From IMG/VR virus record IMGVR_UViG_3300027896_000056, positions 1-54,075 of that record: a stretch of 54,075 bases of DNA; one strand, 5' to 3'. This DNA is from a virus (taxonomy: Duplodnaviria; Caudoviricetes). The position numbers were made by a program, and so were the translations under genes. Below, piece by piece: positions 36,840-46,456 of this stretch (the first letter of the stretch is position 1; each line of letters begins with the position of its first letter). The notes below the pieces were generated by a model. The model did not search any database. It had not been told where the DNA came from and saw only the letters and a list, made by a program, of their open reading frames with translations.

Positions 36840-37955
36840 ATGAGCATCACCGGACAACAAAACATCAACATTGGCTTGCCTAATGAGTCTACAGGAAGTG
36901 ATTCATTATACACTGCGTTTACCAAAACTCAACAGAACTTCACGAATCTGTTTGCGTGTTCTAGCCCCTTCAGTAGTTTTACTTCAGGAAATGGCATTGG
37001 CATCACAGCTAATACTACGACCGGAGTAGTTTCCATAACAAATACTGGTGTTACGCAACTCAATGCTGGTACCGGAATAGTCTTGACCGGAACTACAGGA
37101 AACATCACCATTAGCTCTACAAATAGCGGCAATGGAGGCGGTGGAACAGTTACAAGCGTAGGGTTGATACCAGCGTCCACATCAAGATTGACAGTTTCAG
37201 GCTCCCCTATCGTTTCTTCTGGTAACATGACTATCGATTTGGTATCATCAGGTGTTACTGCTGGAACATATGTCAATCCCAACGTCACTGTAGATGCGTA
37301 TGGCAGAATAACTGCCGCGTCGAATGGTGCGTCAGGTGGAACAGTTACGAGCGTAGGATTGAGTCCTGGAGTTGGTATTCAAATCAACGGTGGTCCTGTT
37401 ACTTCAAGCGGTAACATCACTGTAACAAATACAGGTGTCACTCAACTTACTGCTGGCGCCGGTATCACATTGTCCGGCAGCAATGGGAATGTTACTATTT
37501 CAGCTCCAACCTCAAGCGGCACTGTCACTTCAGTAGGTGTTAGCAGCAGTCAGTTAGTTGTCACTAACAGCCCGGTCGTTTCTGCTGGAACAATCGGCAT
37601 CAATCTTCCTGCAAGTGCTACTTTCTCCGGAAGTTTAACTGCCAACCTTGTTTATCTTGCTGGCGTTGAAAATCTTGCTAATGGTGCAGTAGTAAACTTG
37701 TCAGTTGCAGCCAGCTATTTCAGTACAACAACAGCAGCTACTGCTACTCTAGCAGCAGGCACACTTGGACAACTTAAGAATTTCATTATGACTGCGACAA
37801 CAGGTAATGCAATGGTGATTGCGGTTGCTAATGCAGGGTGGAAGGGTGGAAGCTCCGGTAACGTTTCATTTAATGGTAACGGATACGGATGTTCCTTGCA
37901 GTTCGTAAATAGCAATTGGTATTGCATTGGCAACAACGGCGCTACATTCACATAA
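36840..37955 (+). CDS. virion fibre-like structural protein
   Basis: NIG..N..TGSDSL.TAF N-terminus; GTVTSVG and GVTQL.AG.GI repeats; TVDAYGRIT. Confidence 0.75.
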   Translation: MSITGQQNINIGLPNESTGSDSLYTAFTKTQQNFTNLFACSSPFSSFTSGNGIGITANTTTGVVSITNTGVTQLNAGTGIVLTGTTGNITISSTNSGNGGGGTVTSVGLIPASTSRLTVSGSPIVSSGNMTIDLVSSGVTAGTYVNPNVTVDAYGRITAASNGASGGTVTSVGLSPGVGIQINGGPVTSSGNITVTNTGVTQLTAGAGITLSGSNGNVTISAPTSSGTVTSVGVSSSQLVVTNSPVVSAGTIGINLPASATFSGSLTANLVYLAGVENLANGAVVNLSVAASYFSTTTAATATLAAGTLGQLKNFIMTATTGNAMVIAVANAGWKGGSSGNVSFNGNGYGCSLQFVNSNWYCIGNNGATFT

Positions 37956-37970
37956 AAATAGGAATAACAA

Positions 37971-39656
37971 ATGAGCGGAAATTTAACAGGAATCAAAATC
38001 ACAGCACTCAATAACATTGGGTCCAATATCTCACCTTTATCTTTGATTCCGATCGTTGATACTAGCAACATTTCCAATCCAATCACGGATAAAGCTAACC
38101 TGCAAATTGTAGGTAATTTGATTCTTAGTGGTGCAGGTGGTGCTAATTTTAGCCCAGCTAACATAGCTTTGATTTCTCTTTCTGTAGCTAATGCGGCCCA
38201 ACCAAACATCACTTCAGTTGGCAATCTAACTGGTCTTCGTATCGTAGACGTAAGCACATTGAACATTCCAGGCGGTTATAACGGATATTTTCTTCAAACC
38301 GATGGTTCTGGAAATTTGACCTGGGCAATGGGCGGAGGAAGCGGAAACGGTGAAGTAGGAGGATCAAACACCCAAGTTCAGTATAACAATTCAGGTAACT
38401 TCGGTGGACATGCTGGATTTACATTTAACAGTACAAGTAATGTACTGAATGTTCCCGGCAATATTATCGTAGGATCAGGTACTACTGGGATCATCAACTG
38501 GGACGCCAATTCAATAGGCCTTAGCTCTGACTACGTAAATGACAATACCGGCATTTACCTAGTCAAAAATGCTGAAGTACAAGTATATTCCAACACTAAC
38601 GTTCAAATTTATTCCGATACCAGCAATAACGGATATCAATGGATTTTCGAACAAAATGGAAACTTAACATTACCTACAAATTCAAGTTCAATCAACTATG
38701 CAAATGGTAGTCCATATGGTGTCGGTGGCAATGCAAGCACCGGTAACATCAGATTCACCGGGGACGCAATCTATGACCTTAACGGCATGACTGTAGAAAA
38801 CGCAGATTTATCGCATGGTGCAACTTCTGCGCTGATTATTCCGACAAACGGAAACACTACTGTACCTGCTCAACTCAACAATATATACGGCAATGTAGTA
38901 GTGACTTCGGGTAATACTGCTAACACCTTTACTTTCACGTTTGCCAATGATGGTACACTTTATACTCCAAGCAACGCGGTAGTGGGAGGGACTTCACTTG
39001 CTGTAGGCCCAGGTGCCAATACATTGAATTTCGTTAGTTCCACTCTTGTCATCAGCGATAGCGGTACCGCCTACGTACAAGCTGCAATCACCAATGTATC
39101 TGATATTGGTTCTGCTGACTGGGCAGCATATGGACATCACGGAAACGATGATGCCGGGTGGGTCGATATGGGCTTTACTAGTTCATTTTTCAGTGACCCT
39201 GATTATACCATGACCGGCGCTGGCGATGGTTACGTAATTGTTCAAGGATATTTACCAGGTCAAGCACCTGCTGTTGGGGGAGGAAATTTGATTTTAGCTA
39301 CCGGCAACACAGGTACTACCAGAGACATAATCTTTGGTACTAATGGTTTTTATACTGGAAACATTTTTGGTAGAATAAGCGACTCTAACAATGCGTTTGA
39401 ACTTTCTCGTCCCGGAAGTAAAATAAACTTAACCGGAGGTGGAAATATAATTGGTGCAAAGGTAATATCTTCATCAATATCAATCACTATACCGGTCGCA
39501 GTTGCAAATTTACCATCTGCCACTACTGCGGGACAGAGAGCATTTGTTAACAATGCTAACTTGGTTGCTGTTGGAAATTTCGGAGCAGTAGTTGGTGCAG
39601 GTGGATCGAACATTGTTCCAGTTTATAGCGATGGCACAAACTGGCGCATAGGCTAA
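37971..39656 (+). CDS. virion fibre-like structural protein
   Basis: Asn/Gly/Ser/Thr-rich; AQPNITSVGNL, LQTDGSGNLTW, GGSNTQVQYN; ends PVYSDGTNWRIG. Confidence 0.75.
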   Translation: MSGNLTGIKITALNNIGSNISPLSLIPIVDTSNISNPITDKANLQIVGNLILSGAGGANFSPANIALISLSVANAAQPNITSVGNLTGLRIVDVSTLNIPGGYNGYFLQTDGSGNLTWAMGGGSGNGEVGGSNTQVQYNNSGNFGGHAGFTFNSTSNVLNVPGNIIVGSGTTGIINWDANSIGLSSDYVNDNTGIYLVKNAEVQVYSNTNVQIYSDTSNNGYQWIFEQNGNLTLPTNSSSINYANGSPYGVGGNASTGNIRFTGDAIYDLNGMTVENADLSHGATSALIIPTNGNTTVPAQLNNIYGNVVVTSGNTANTFTFTFANDGTLYTPSNAVVGGTSLAVGPGANTLNFVSSTLVISDSGTAYVQAAITNVSDIGSADWAAYGHHGNDDAGWVDMGFTSSFFSDPDYTMTGAGDGYVIVQGYLPGQAPAVGGGNLILATGNTGTTRDIIFGTNGFYTGNIFGRISDSNNAFELSRPGSKINLTGGGNIIGAKVISSSISITIPVAVANLPSATTAGQRAFVNNANLVAVGNFGAVVGAGGSNIVPVYSDGTNWRIG

Positions 39657-39661
39657 TACAT

Positions 39662-40510
39662 ATGCTTATTAAACCTCCAGTAGTGGACACAGCCCAAGAT
39701 CCAGGATTGCAACATGGATCTCAGGCAACGGTTACTCCGAATCAAATTAAACCAACGCTCCCAAAATATCATTGGTCCAGAGAACCAGTAGATTCTAGAG
39801 ATTTCATTTTTTCTGCGCCGGCCCCTTCCTCTACCCCTAACTCAGTTGATTTGAGGCAGTGGTGTTCTCCTATTGATGATCAAGGTAATCTAGGTTCCTG
39901 TACCGGCAATGCTATTGCAGGATGCATTGAGTATATGGATAGACGCTACAACAGCAAAGCAACTCAAGTCAGTAGACTCTTTATATACTACTATGAAAGA
40001 GTCTTTGAAAACACGGTTAGACAAGACAGTGGCGCATATATTCGTGACGGGATCAAAGTTACATACACGTATGGTGCCCCTCTCGAATCGCTTTGGCCAT
40101 ATAACATTTCTAAATTTGCAACGCAACCCGCATCAGTAGCACTCACTGACGCAGCTAAAAGAAAGGTGATTCGTTACGAATCTGTGCCCAACTTTAGCGC
40201 ATGTATTACTGCATTGTCTCTAGGCTATCCGGTCGTGATCGGTTTCGATGTTTATAACAGCTTCGAAAGTTCAACGGTGGCTAACACCGGAATGATGCCA
40301 TATCCTAATGTATCCAAAGAGAAATTACTAGGTGGCCACTGCGTGTTGCTGGTAGGCTATAACAACGCAACACAACGATTTATTGCCAGAAATTCTTGGG
40401 GTCCAAATTGGGGAGCCGGAGGCTATTTCTTTATGCCATACCAAGTCATTCAAAACACATCGATGTCAAGTGATTTTTGGGTCATCATGTCTGTCAATGA
40501 CCCAGCGTAA
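39662..40510 (+). CDS. papain-family (C1A) cysteine peptidase
   Basis: DQGNLGSC, GGHCV, RNSWG..WG..GYF. Confidence 0.92.
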   Translation: MLIKPPVVDTAQDPGLQHGSQATVTPNQIKPTLPKYHWSREPVDSRDFIFSAPAPSSTPNSVDLRQWCSPIDDQGNLGSCTGNAIAGCIEYMDRRYNSKATQVSRLFIYYYERVFENTVRQDSGAYIRDGIKVTYTYGAPLESLWPYNISKFATQPASVALTDAAKRKVIRYESVPNFSACITALSLGYPVVIGFDVYNSFESSTVANTGMMPYPNVSKEKLLGGHCVLLVGYNNATQRFIARNSWGPNWGAGGYFFMPYQVIQNTSMSSDFWVIMSVNDPA

Positions 40511-40530
40511 AGGCCCCCGAAGGGGCCTTT
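40509..40530. terminator. bidirectional terminator at strand switch
   Basis: AAAGGCCCC-CGAA-GGGGCCTTT between convergent genes. Confidence 0.75.
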
Positions 40531-40532
40531 AC

Positions 40533-40739
40533 TCAATCACGTGGAAGTTCGTCTACTTCTTTAAGTAGAACCAAAACATCTTCTAGGGTGTTGCACACCA
40601 GCTTAACAGTACCCCATTCATCAGTGGCGTCCCGGCCACCAACTTCTACAAGATACGCATTGTCATAGAAGTAGACAGTAAGGTGATCGTTGACCTTAGT
40701 CAGCTTGTCAGCAACTTTGATAATCGGAGCCTTAGCCAT
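40533..40739 (-). CDS. hypothetical protein
   Basis: Coupled to upstream gene. Confidence 0.65.
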   Translation of the reverse strand: MAKAPIIKVADKLTKVNDHLTVYFYDNAYLVEVGGRDATDEWGTVKLVCNTLEDVLVLLKEVDELPRD

Positions 40740-41091
40740 TTACAGCATCCAAAATATCATCGACCGTAGTGATACGAGGGCGAGCCTTGATTGCGTCGAG
40801 AGAGATAGAAGGCTTGACCTTCACATTGCCCTTAGCCGACTCCTTGATCTTGTCCTCAAGTGCATCGCTGATCGTTGCCTGATCATCAGGTGATTGAAAC
40901 TCCGGGCAAGTCAGCATATACTTGAGAGCGTCAATCTTATTCATTTCAGTGGGAAGTTCAATGAAGTCGGTGCGAGTGGCGCCGCCCTTAGTGAACTGCT
41001 TGATACGACGAACCATGTCATCAGTAAAACGTACTTTGGCATTTCCATTGTGGACTGTAATGCCCACGACCTTGAAAGTCTGAGTAGTCAT
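40732..41091 (-). CDS. conserved large-phage protein
   Basis: AGGAG RBS; KVRF..R.K..ELP..M.K.DA. Confidence 0.75.
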   Translation of the reverse strand: MTTQTFKVVGITVHNGNAKVRFTDDMVRRIKQFTKGGATRTDFIELPTEMNKIDALKYMLTCPEFQSPDDQATISDALEDKIKESAKGNVKVKPSISLDAIKARPRITTVDDILDAVNG

Positions 41092-41174
41092 ATTTTCTCC
41101 TAAGAGAGATAAGTTACGTGCGTTATTGCACAGTCTTAATCTAGCAAAAACGGACTAAAAAGTCAAGCCCTTTT

Positions 41175-41327
41175 TTACGGAACCTTAGCACCACATTCGG
41201 AAATCATATTTTCGCGGCCCCAAGTAGCGCGGACCTGCTCAGTTGCGATGAACGGATTCGGTGCCTCAACAATGATCTTGATCATGTTTCCGCGAGAATC
41301 CTTAACAAAAAACCAATACTTATTCAT
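41175..41327 (-). CDS. small protein (50 aa, not in ORF track)
   Basis: AAGGA RBS; MNKYWFFVKD.. Confidence 0.55.
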   Translation of the reverse strand: MNKYWFFVKDSRGNMIKIIVEAPNPFIATEQVRATWGRENMISECGAKVP

Positions 41328-41341
41328 TTTACTTTCCTTTC

Positions 41342-41710
41342 TTACTTAGTAACGATGTAGGGCTTATTCCAATTGCCCAGATTGATGTCAATATAATGAC
41401 TGACACAGAAGTAATCAATCATAGCATCCGAATGATCATAAAATTCCGGACCCTTCATCGCAGCAATGACTTCTGCGAGAAACTTCTTGGCCTTACCGGT
41501 GTAGTGTTCGTGTGCCCAGTAAGTGTTGACCTGATAGTGATATTCGCCGGAAGTAGAATCCTTGGCGAAGTCGATCTTGCCCGACTTGATGTTGAGAACG
41601 AGAGTAGAGTGATGACGAACAGCAAGCGTACCCTTGATACCGTACTTCTTGCAGATAGCCTTGATCGCGGGTGCCAGTTCCTGCTTGTGCTGCTGCGACA
41701 TATAAGCCAT
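41342..41710 (-). CDS. conserved early phage protein
   Basis: AGGAG RBS, TTGACA promoter; D.SDAMIDYF..GNWNKPY. Confidence 0.75.
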   Translation of the reverse strand: MAYMSQQHKQELAPAIKAICKKYGIKGTLAVRHHSTLVLNIKSGKIDFAKDSTSGEYHYQVNTYWAHEHYTGKAKKFLAEVIAAMKGPEFYDHSDAMIDYFCVSHYIDINLGNWNKPYIVTK

Positions 41711-41802
41711 TTAACATCTCCTAACAACTGCTCTCTTGATATATTAGTTGTATCAAAAACGGGTACCCATGTCAACTGAAAAATAGCCATTTTGTGAAAA
41801 AA

Positions 41803-41869
41803 GATAAATAAGTGTGAGTCACGGGACTGCAATCCCTACTCACTCTAATGTTGTAAAGGAACATCAGCA
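41803..41869 (+). promoter_or_regulatory. late-type promoter plus conserved hairpin leader of GIY-YIG gene
   Basis: GATAAATA then GTGAGT/ACTCAC stem; homologous to 11155-11222. Confidence 0.7.
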
Positions 41870-42502
41870 ATGACTATTTACTCAAATAATAACCCGCCGG
41901 AAGGTTTCTACGTCTACTTATATCTTAGGAATGACGGAACACCTTATTATGTCGGTAAAGGATCCGGTAACCGAGCCTGGAACAAAGGAAGAGGTGAGAT
42001 TTATCCGCCCCCGAATACCGAACGAATCATCATAGCTATCTCCGGTCTCACTGAACTGTGGTCGCTTGCTATGGAGCGATGGTATATAAGATGGTATGGA
42101 CGTAAGGACTTAGGAGCTGGAATATTAAGAAACAAGACCGATGGTGGTGATGGCGCCTCCGGTGCGAAAAGATCAAATGAAACATTAGTAAAAATGTCTT
42201 TGGCACAAAAAGGAAGAGAAAATGCCTGGTGCACGAAAGAAGTAACAGTCAATGGCATCAAGTATTCATCTGTTAAAAACGCTTGCCGTGAGTTAAACTG
42301 CACATGGAACGAACTCAAACATATTGAACGCGGTAACGCTCATAAAATCAGGAAGCGTGTAGTTGGACCAGACGGAACAATCTATAAAACCAAGGCTTGT
42401 GCTGCAAAACAATACCGAGTCACGGGAGTGACGATAAAATACTGGTGTGATAGAAATCAACACGGGTGGAGCTATCAACCCGGTATGTGCATTACCTCGT
42501 AA
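41870..42502 (+). CDS. free-standing GIY-YIG homing endonuclease (NUMOD-like C-terminus)
   Basis: [27 protein letters not shown]; paralog of 10519..11154; antisense to neighbours. Confidence 0.85.
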   Translation: MTIYSNNNPPEGFYVYLYLRNDGTPYYVGKGSGNRAWNKGRGEIYPPPNTERIIIAISGLTELWSLAMERWYIRWYGRKDLGAGILRNKTDGGDGASGAKRSNETLVKMSLAQKGRENAWCTKEVTVNGIKYSSVKNACRELNCTWNELKHIERGNAHKIRKRVVGPDGTIYKTKACAAKQYRVTGVTIKYWCDRNQHGWSYQPGMCITS

Positions 42503-42571
42503 TCACGCGGCCCAGAAATCGTCAATATCAACGCCCTTTAGTTCTGTAGACATCTTCTGTTTCCTTGGTCA

Positions 42572-42793
42572 TCAGTCTGCGTGTTTTTTAATGGACATAC
42601 CTGTTTTGACCAGTTTCTTGGCACGTTTGAGAATAATCAATGCTTCATCATCACCAAAATTAGTGACCAACCAAAGGATATAAGTAGCCATTCGATCATA
42701 TTGTGTTTCGAGGTCTTCGACGTCAACTCCTTGCACAATCTTATCCACAAGTTCAGTGGTTGAGTTGGCAAGATCGCAATCTTCTTGAGTCAT
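42572..42793 (-). CDS. hypothetical protein
   Basis: AAGGAG RBS and own TTGACA promoter. Confidence 0.65.
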   Translation of the reverse strand: MTQEDCDLANSTTELVDKIVQGVDVEDLETQYDRMATYILWLVTNFGDDEALIILKRAKKLVKTGMSIKKHAD

Positions 42794-42852
42794 TGTGTGT
42801 CTCCTTGCTATGAATTTTTGTAACAGAATGGGTAATCAGTGTCAACCAGAAA

Positions 42853-42996
42853 TTACCGGGTCCACATATCATCGATATCGATCACATAGACCTTACCAGT
42901 AGCCGACTTGACGCGCACCTTGAAGGGGCCAGCGTACTTGACAAACTTGCCGTTTTCCTCGTCAAGAGTTTCGGGATTGATAAAAGTGACAGACAT
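42853..42996 (-). CDS. small protein (47 aa, not in ORF track)
   Basis: AAGGGA RBS and own GGTTGACA promoter. Confidence 0.55.
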   Translation of the reverse strand: MSVTFINPETLDEENGKFVKYAGPFKVRVKSATGKVYVIDIDDMWTR

Positions 42997-43066
42997 TTTA
43001 GAATTCCCTTTGTTCGTTTTGATGAGTGATTAATATGCCCAAAACATTAGGCTGTCAACCAAAAAA

Positions 43067-43300
43067 TCAAACAAAGTTGAATTTTTTCTTCAATGCCAAG
43101 TGACCATTATAGGCGTCCGGAATGTTATTGTACGATTCCAGATGATCCATATGCTCGAACTCGCCATCCTTAGTGAGCGAGACCATTGCGCTTGCAAAGG
43201 GCATCTTGCCCTCAGCATCACTTTCAAGCAGAATGTCTTTCACCGCAAAAGTAACCAAAGCAATAGTGTTATTGTCGGCTGGGCCACAAGAAAAGAACAT
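43067..43300 (-). CDS. hypothetical protein
   Basis: AAGGGA RBS. Confidence 0.6.
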   Translation of the reverse strand: MFFSCGPADNNTIALVTFAVKDILLESDAEGKMPFASAMVSLTKDGEFEHMDHLESYNNIPDAYNGHLALKKKFNFV

Positions 43301-43378
43301 AAAGGAAATCCCTTCGCTTCAAACTATAATGTTATTTATAGACTTGAAACGAAGGGAAGTCAAATGGATTTATCCAAA

Positions 43379-44029
43379 TTATGCGTTTCTCACATAAAAA
43401 ATATGAGCACCGATTTGTGCGAGACGAGTAACATGTTTCCAATGCGGATGAACGTAGTCAGCATGATAGAACAAAACGTTCTCCATGCCTTTGATTCTTT
43501 TTCCTTCATCTAAAACTTGTTGCGCGATTCGCATACTTTCATTCCACTGTTCTCCTGAAGGGTGACTCCATCTTAGGTGTCTATTGTTTGCCCATGAGAA
43601 TTGATTTGCTGCAAAGACGACACTACACACGTTTCCGGAAAATCTCGGATCCTTCATGCGATTGACTGTTACTTCGGCAACAGCCATTTTGCCCTTTGCA
43701 GACTGATTGCCTGCTTCGTGGAATATGTTTTTTGCAAGACAGAATAGGTCGGTCTTATTGTGTCGGACCTTTTCTGGGGTTTCTACTACAGCCAAAAACT
43801 TTGCATGTTTATATGCGTTATGTAGTTGTTGTTCTTTTGTTAGTACCGGCGCGATCTTAGGTGCTGCCGGCTGAGTTGGCTGCTGTATTGTTGTTGCAGT
43901 GGTTGGTCTAATTATTAAAGACTCAAGCTTTGGTTGCAACTCTAGGTATTGCCAGATAAAAACTATGGAAAGTACGGCAAATAAAACTTTCCAAGACTCG
44001 TTCATCAAACGTTGTTGTGAACTGTACAT
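43379..44029 (-). CDS. SleB-like cell wall hydrolase (Hydrolase_2)
   Basis: CLAKNIFHEA, AVAEV..NR, VC.VV..QFSW, YHADYV.P.W, IGAHIFY; N-terminal TM. Confidence 0.9.
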   Translation of the reverse strand: MYSSQQRLMNESWKVLFAVLSIVFIWQYLELQPKLESLIIRPTTATTIQQPTQPAAPKIAPVLTKEQQLHNAYKHAKFLAVVETPEKVRHNKTDLFCLAKNIFHEAGNQSAKGKMAVAEVTVNRMKDPRFSGNVCSVVFAANQFSWANNRHLRWSHPSGEQWNESMRIAQQVLDEGKRIKGMENVLFYHADYVHPHWKHVTRLAQIGAHIFYVRNA

Positions 44030-44318
44030 TGTATTTCCTTAATTGGGCCGCTCCACGATTCTCCTAGTATGTCGCTGTATGATGAATCATTCAGCACTAG
44101 GTAATCTGCTAAAGTAGCACTTCCGCCGATATGTAGAAAGGAAAAAGCCGTATATATACGGCTTTGTATACATCCTTGCCAATCTATCGCGCAGCAACTA
44201 ACTGAAATATTTCCAGTTAACTTGAAAGCAACGCCTTCATTTTATGACAGTTTTTCAACTGACATAGTATTTAAGTGGGTACTCCCTCTTAAAAATACTT
44301 CTATTTTGTGTGTTTAAC

Positions 44319-44777
44319 TCACTTCATCGCAAATGATACACTCTTCACCGACTTTAGAGTGAAGCTTCTCCACGCTTTTGCCTCTAGATCATACACCGCA
44401 ATGGTATGTTCAGATTGCTTACGAGGAGCCTTATCTTCCTTGATTTCTTTCTTAGGAAGGAGACTTGGCTTCAACGTGCATTCCATTACACGTTCAGTTC
44501 CGTCCTTCTTGGTGAAGGTGATTGTGACCTTGGTGTTATAGAGCGAGTTGATGATCCAGTTTTTGAAACATTCCCACTGAATAGAATCCCAGTCTTCCAT
44601 TGGTTGAGTGATATCCTCAGTAGCCTTAGTGATGCTAAAGGTACCATTTTGGTTGTCGGTGAAGTTTACCATATCACCTTCCTTCACTCCGATATATTCG
44701 AGGATTTCATTGCTCAGAGGAAGAACGACATCTCCGGTCTCCGAGTCCTGCTCAAGGATAACAGTGTATGTAGTCAT
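44319..44777 (-). CDS. AbrB-like domain fused to WYL/Sm-like beta-barrel
   Basis: VVLPL..GVKEGD; FTKKDGTERVMECTL..VYDLE.KAWRSF. Confidence 0.7.
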   Translation of the reverse strand: MTTYTVILEQDSETGDVVLPLSNEILEYIGVKEGDMVNFTDNQNGTFSITKATEDITQPMEDWDSIQWECFKNWIINSLYNTKVTITFTKKDGTERVMECTLKPSLLPKKEIKEDKAPRKQSEHTIAVYDLEAKAWRSFTLKSVKSVSFAMK

Positions 44778-44786
44778 AGTATATTC

Positions 44787-45029
44787 CTATCGTTTCAGTA
44801 GATATGCAGTTAGAGTTGGACCATCCAACTTCACTGCATCATGTGGGTATTTTTGCACAGCCCATCTGGACAATCCCTTGATCCGAAGCATCTTAGGGTT
44901 GAGTTTTTCAATTGTCCCAACCCTAAGAGCATTCGATTCTGGATAGGCAACATAGTCACCCACAGCCAGTAAGTTCCCAAGTATATCACGATGCTCGGGA
45001 ATCACCTGTTCCTTCTTCACTTTGGTCAT
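44787..45029 (-). CDS. hypothetical protein
   Basis: DILG..L.VGD.V. Confidence 0.65.
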   Translation of the reverse strand: MTKVKKEQVIPEHRDILGNLLAVGDYVAYPESNALRVGTIEKLNPKMLRIKGLSRWAVQKYPHDAVKLDGPTLTAYLLKR

Positions 45030-45361
45030 CGTGGCTTACCCGGCTTACGAATACCAAGAGTACGGCGTTCAGTTGCACTTAGGCGATTCCAAACACGCAT
45101 CTTGATTTCATACTCTGCCATCTTCTGCCTGCGTTCTTCGACCTTAGCTGTAGCAGTCTTGACCAAATCACCCCACCAATCACGGGCTTCTTCGTCACGA
45201 AGGAAGAAGAACGTTGCATAACCAGACTTGACAAGTTCAACCATAGCCTTTTTGGCTAGACGTTCGCTCTTGACATAGTATGATCCCCGCTTATCAGTTC
45301 CCTTTAGGATTTCGTCATAGACTTCCTGAGAGATAATGGTTTCACCATCTTCGTCACGCAT
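45026..45361 (-). CDS. hypothetical protein
   Basis: C-terminal RLS..ER..LG helix. Confidence 0.65.
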   Translation of the reverse strand: MRDEDGETIISQEVYDEILKGTDKRGSYYVKSERLAKKAMVELVKSGYATFFFLRDEEARDWWGDLVKTATAKVEERRQKMAEYEIKMRVWNRLSATERRTLGIRKPGKPR

Positions 45362-45499
45362 TTACTTTACTCCGTTCAACTTCGCTAATAAGCGCACCAA
45401 GAAAAATGTTCGTTGCAAACTCGATGCCGTCTTCACGATCACGAGAATGCTCTACCACAGAAATGATCTGCCGAACAATCCACTCTGCATCTTCCTTAG

Positions 45500-45946
45500 T
45501 CACCGCTTCTTACTCTTAGAAACCTTGTTCAGTCCAAATGCTTCCAGTTCTTCCGGAGTCAGTCTGGACATGATTTCAGCTTTTGCTGCTTCCTTAGCAG
45601 CCTTCGCTTCTTCGGCTTTCTGCTTACGAGCAGCTTCGAGAATAGCAGCCTTAGCAGCCTTCTCTTCGCGGGTCTTCATGTCGTTGTAGAAAACACGAAC
45701 AGAAGTATTACGCTTGATCAGTTGCTCAATGGTATGACCCTTCTCAAGTGCATTAAGTGTAGCTTCTGCAACCTTGATTGCCTTATCACGTTCTTCCTGA
45801 TTAACCCAAGTCACTTCTTTTTCCTTTACATCACATTCTAACCATTTGGATTCATCAAAATCAATCCAATTATTTGTGCGGATGAGACTTACTATCTTTT
45901 TATATGTTTGATGAAGTTCACCAATATCCCAATAATCATCACCCAT
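45500..45946 (-). CDS. hypothetical protein
   Basis: GGAGG RBS; RLTPEELEAFGL tail. Confidence 0.65.
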   Translation of the reverse strand: MGDDYWDIGELHQTYKKIVSLIRTNNWIDFDESKWLECDVKEKEVTWVNQEERDKAIKVAEATLNALEKGHTIEQLIKRNTSVRVFYNDMKTREEKAAKAAILEAARKQKAEEAKAAKEAAKAEIMSRLTPEELEAFGLNKVSKSKKR

Positions 45947-46414
45947 TCATGCCTCCAACCGCTCTTTCAGTTCGAGATAGAACATCTGATACTTCGCCAT
46001 ACGAGCGAGGTCCTTTTCAGTGATACCCTTGAGGCGACGAATATCAGTATTGTGCCGAAGATCAGCCATCTTGACGATCATTGCATCACGATTGGAAAAC
46101 ACAACCTGCTTGTATTCATCGTAGGTCTGACCGGGAATCTTAGTGAGTGCCCGAATACCTTCGATGACACGTTCAGACATTCCCTGTTCACGAAGGTCCT
46201 GATACGTAATGTTGGTGTCTTCAACTACATCATGACCAAGAGCAATGCATTGAATCTCTTCATCATTGCTCTTGGTATAATGCATCACCTTCAAGGGGTG
46301 CAGAATATAAGGCGCTCCGCCCTTATCGAACTGGCCGTGATGAGCGGTAGTAGCGATATGCAGCATGTTAGCAAGCATCGTGCCCTTTTTCATATTCTGT
46401 TCCTTCTGTTTCAT
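45947..46414 (-). CDS. HD-domain small alarmone ((p)ppGpp) hydrolase-like protein
   Basis: AHHGQFDKGGAPYILHP, HDVVEDT, VKMADLRHN; alternative start 46393. Confidence 0.85.
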   Translation of the reverse strand: MKQKEQNMKKGTMLANMLHIATTAHHGQFDKGGAPYILHPLKVMHYTKSNDEEIQCIALGHDVVEDTNITYQDLREQGMSERVIEGIRALTKIPGQTYDEYKQVVFSNRDAMIVKMADLRHNTDIRRLKGITEKDLARMAKYQMFYLELKERLEA

Positions 46415-46456
46415 GCGTATAGAATAACAGAGGGATTACCCCGTGTCAACCTCTTT

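Noticed and set aside
44030-44110. c-di-AMP (ydaO) riboswitch before the hydrolase
   Set aside because: Only GCTGAAT..CAGC resembles it; too short and lacking the other conserved helices.
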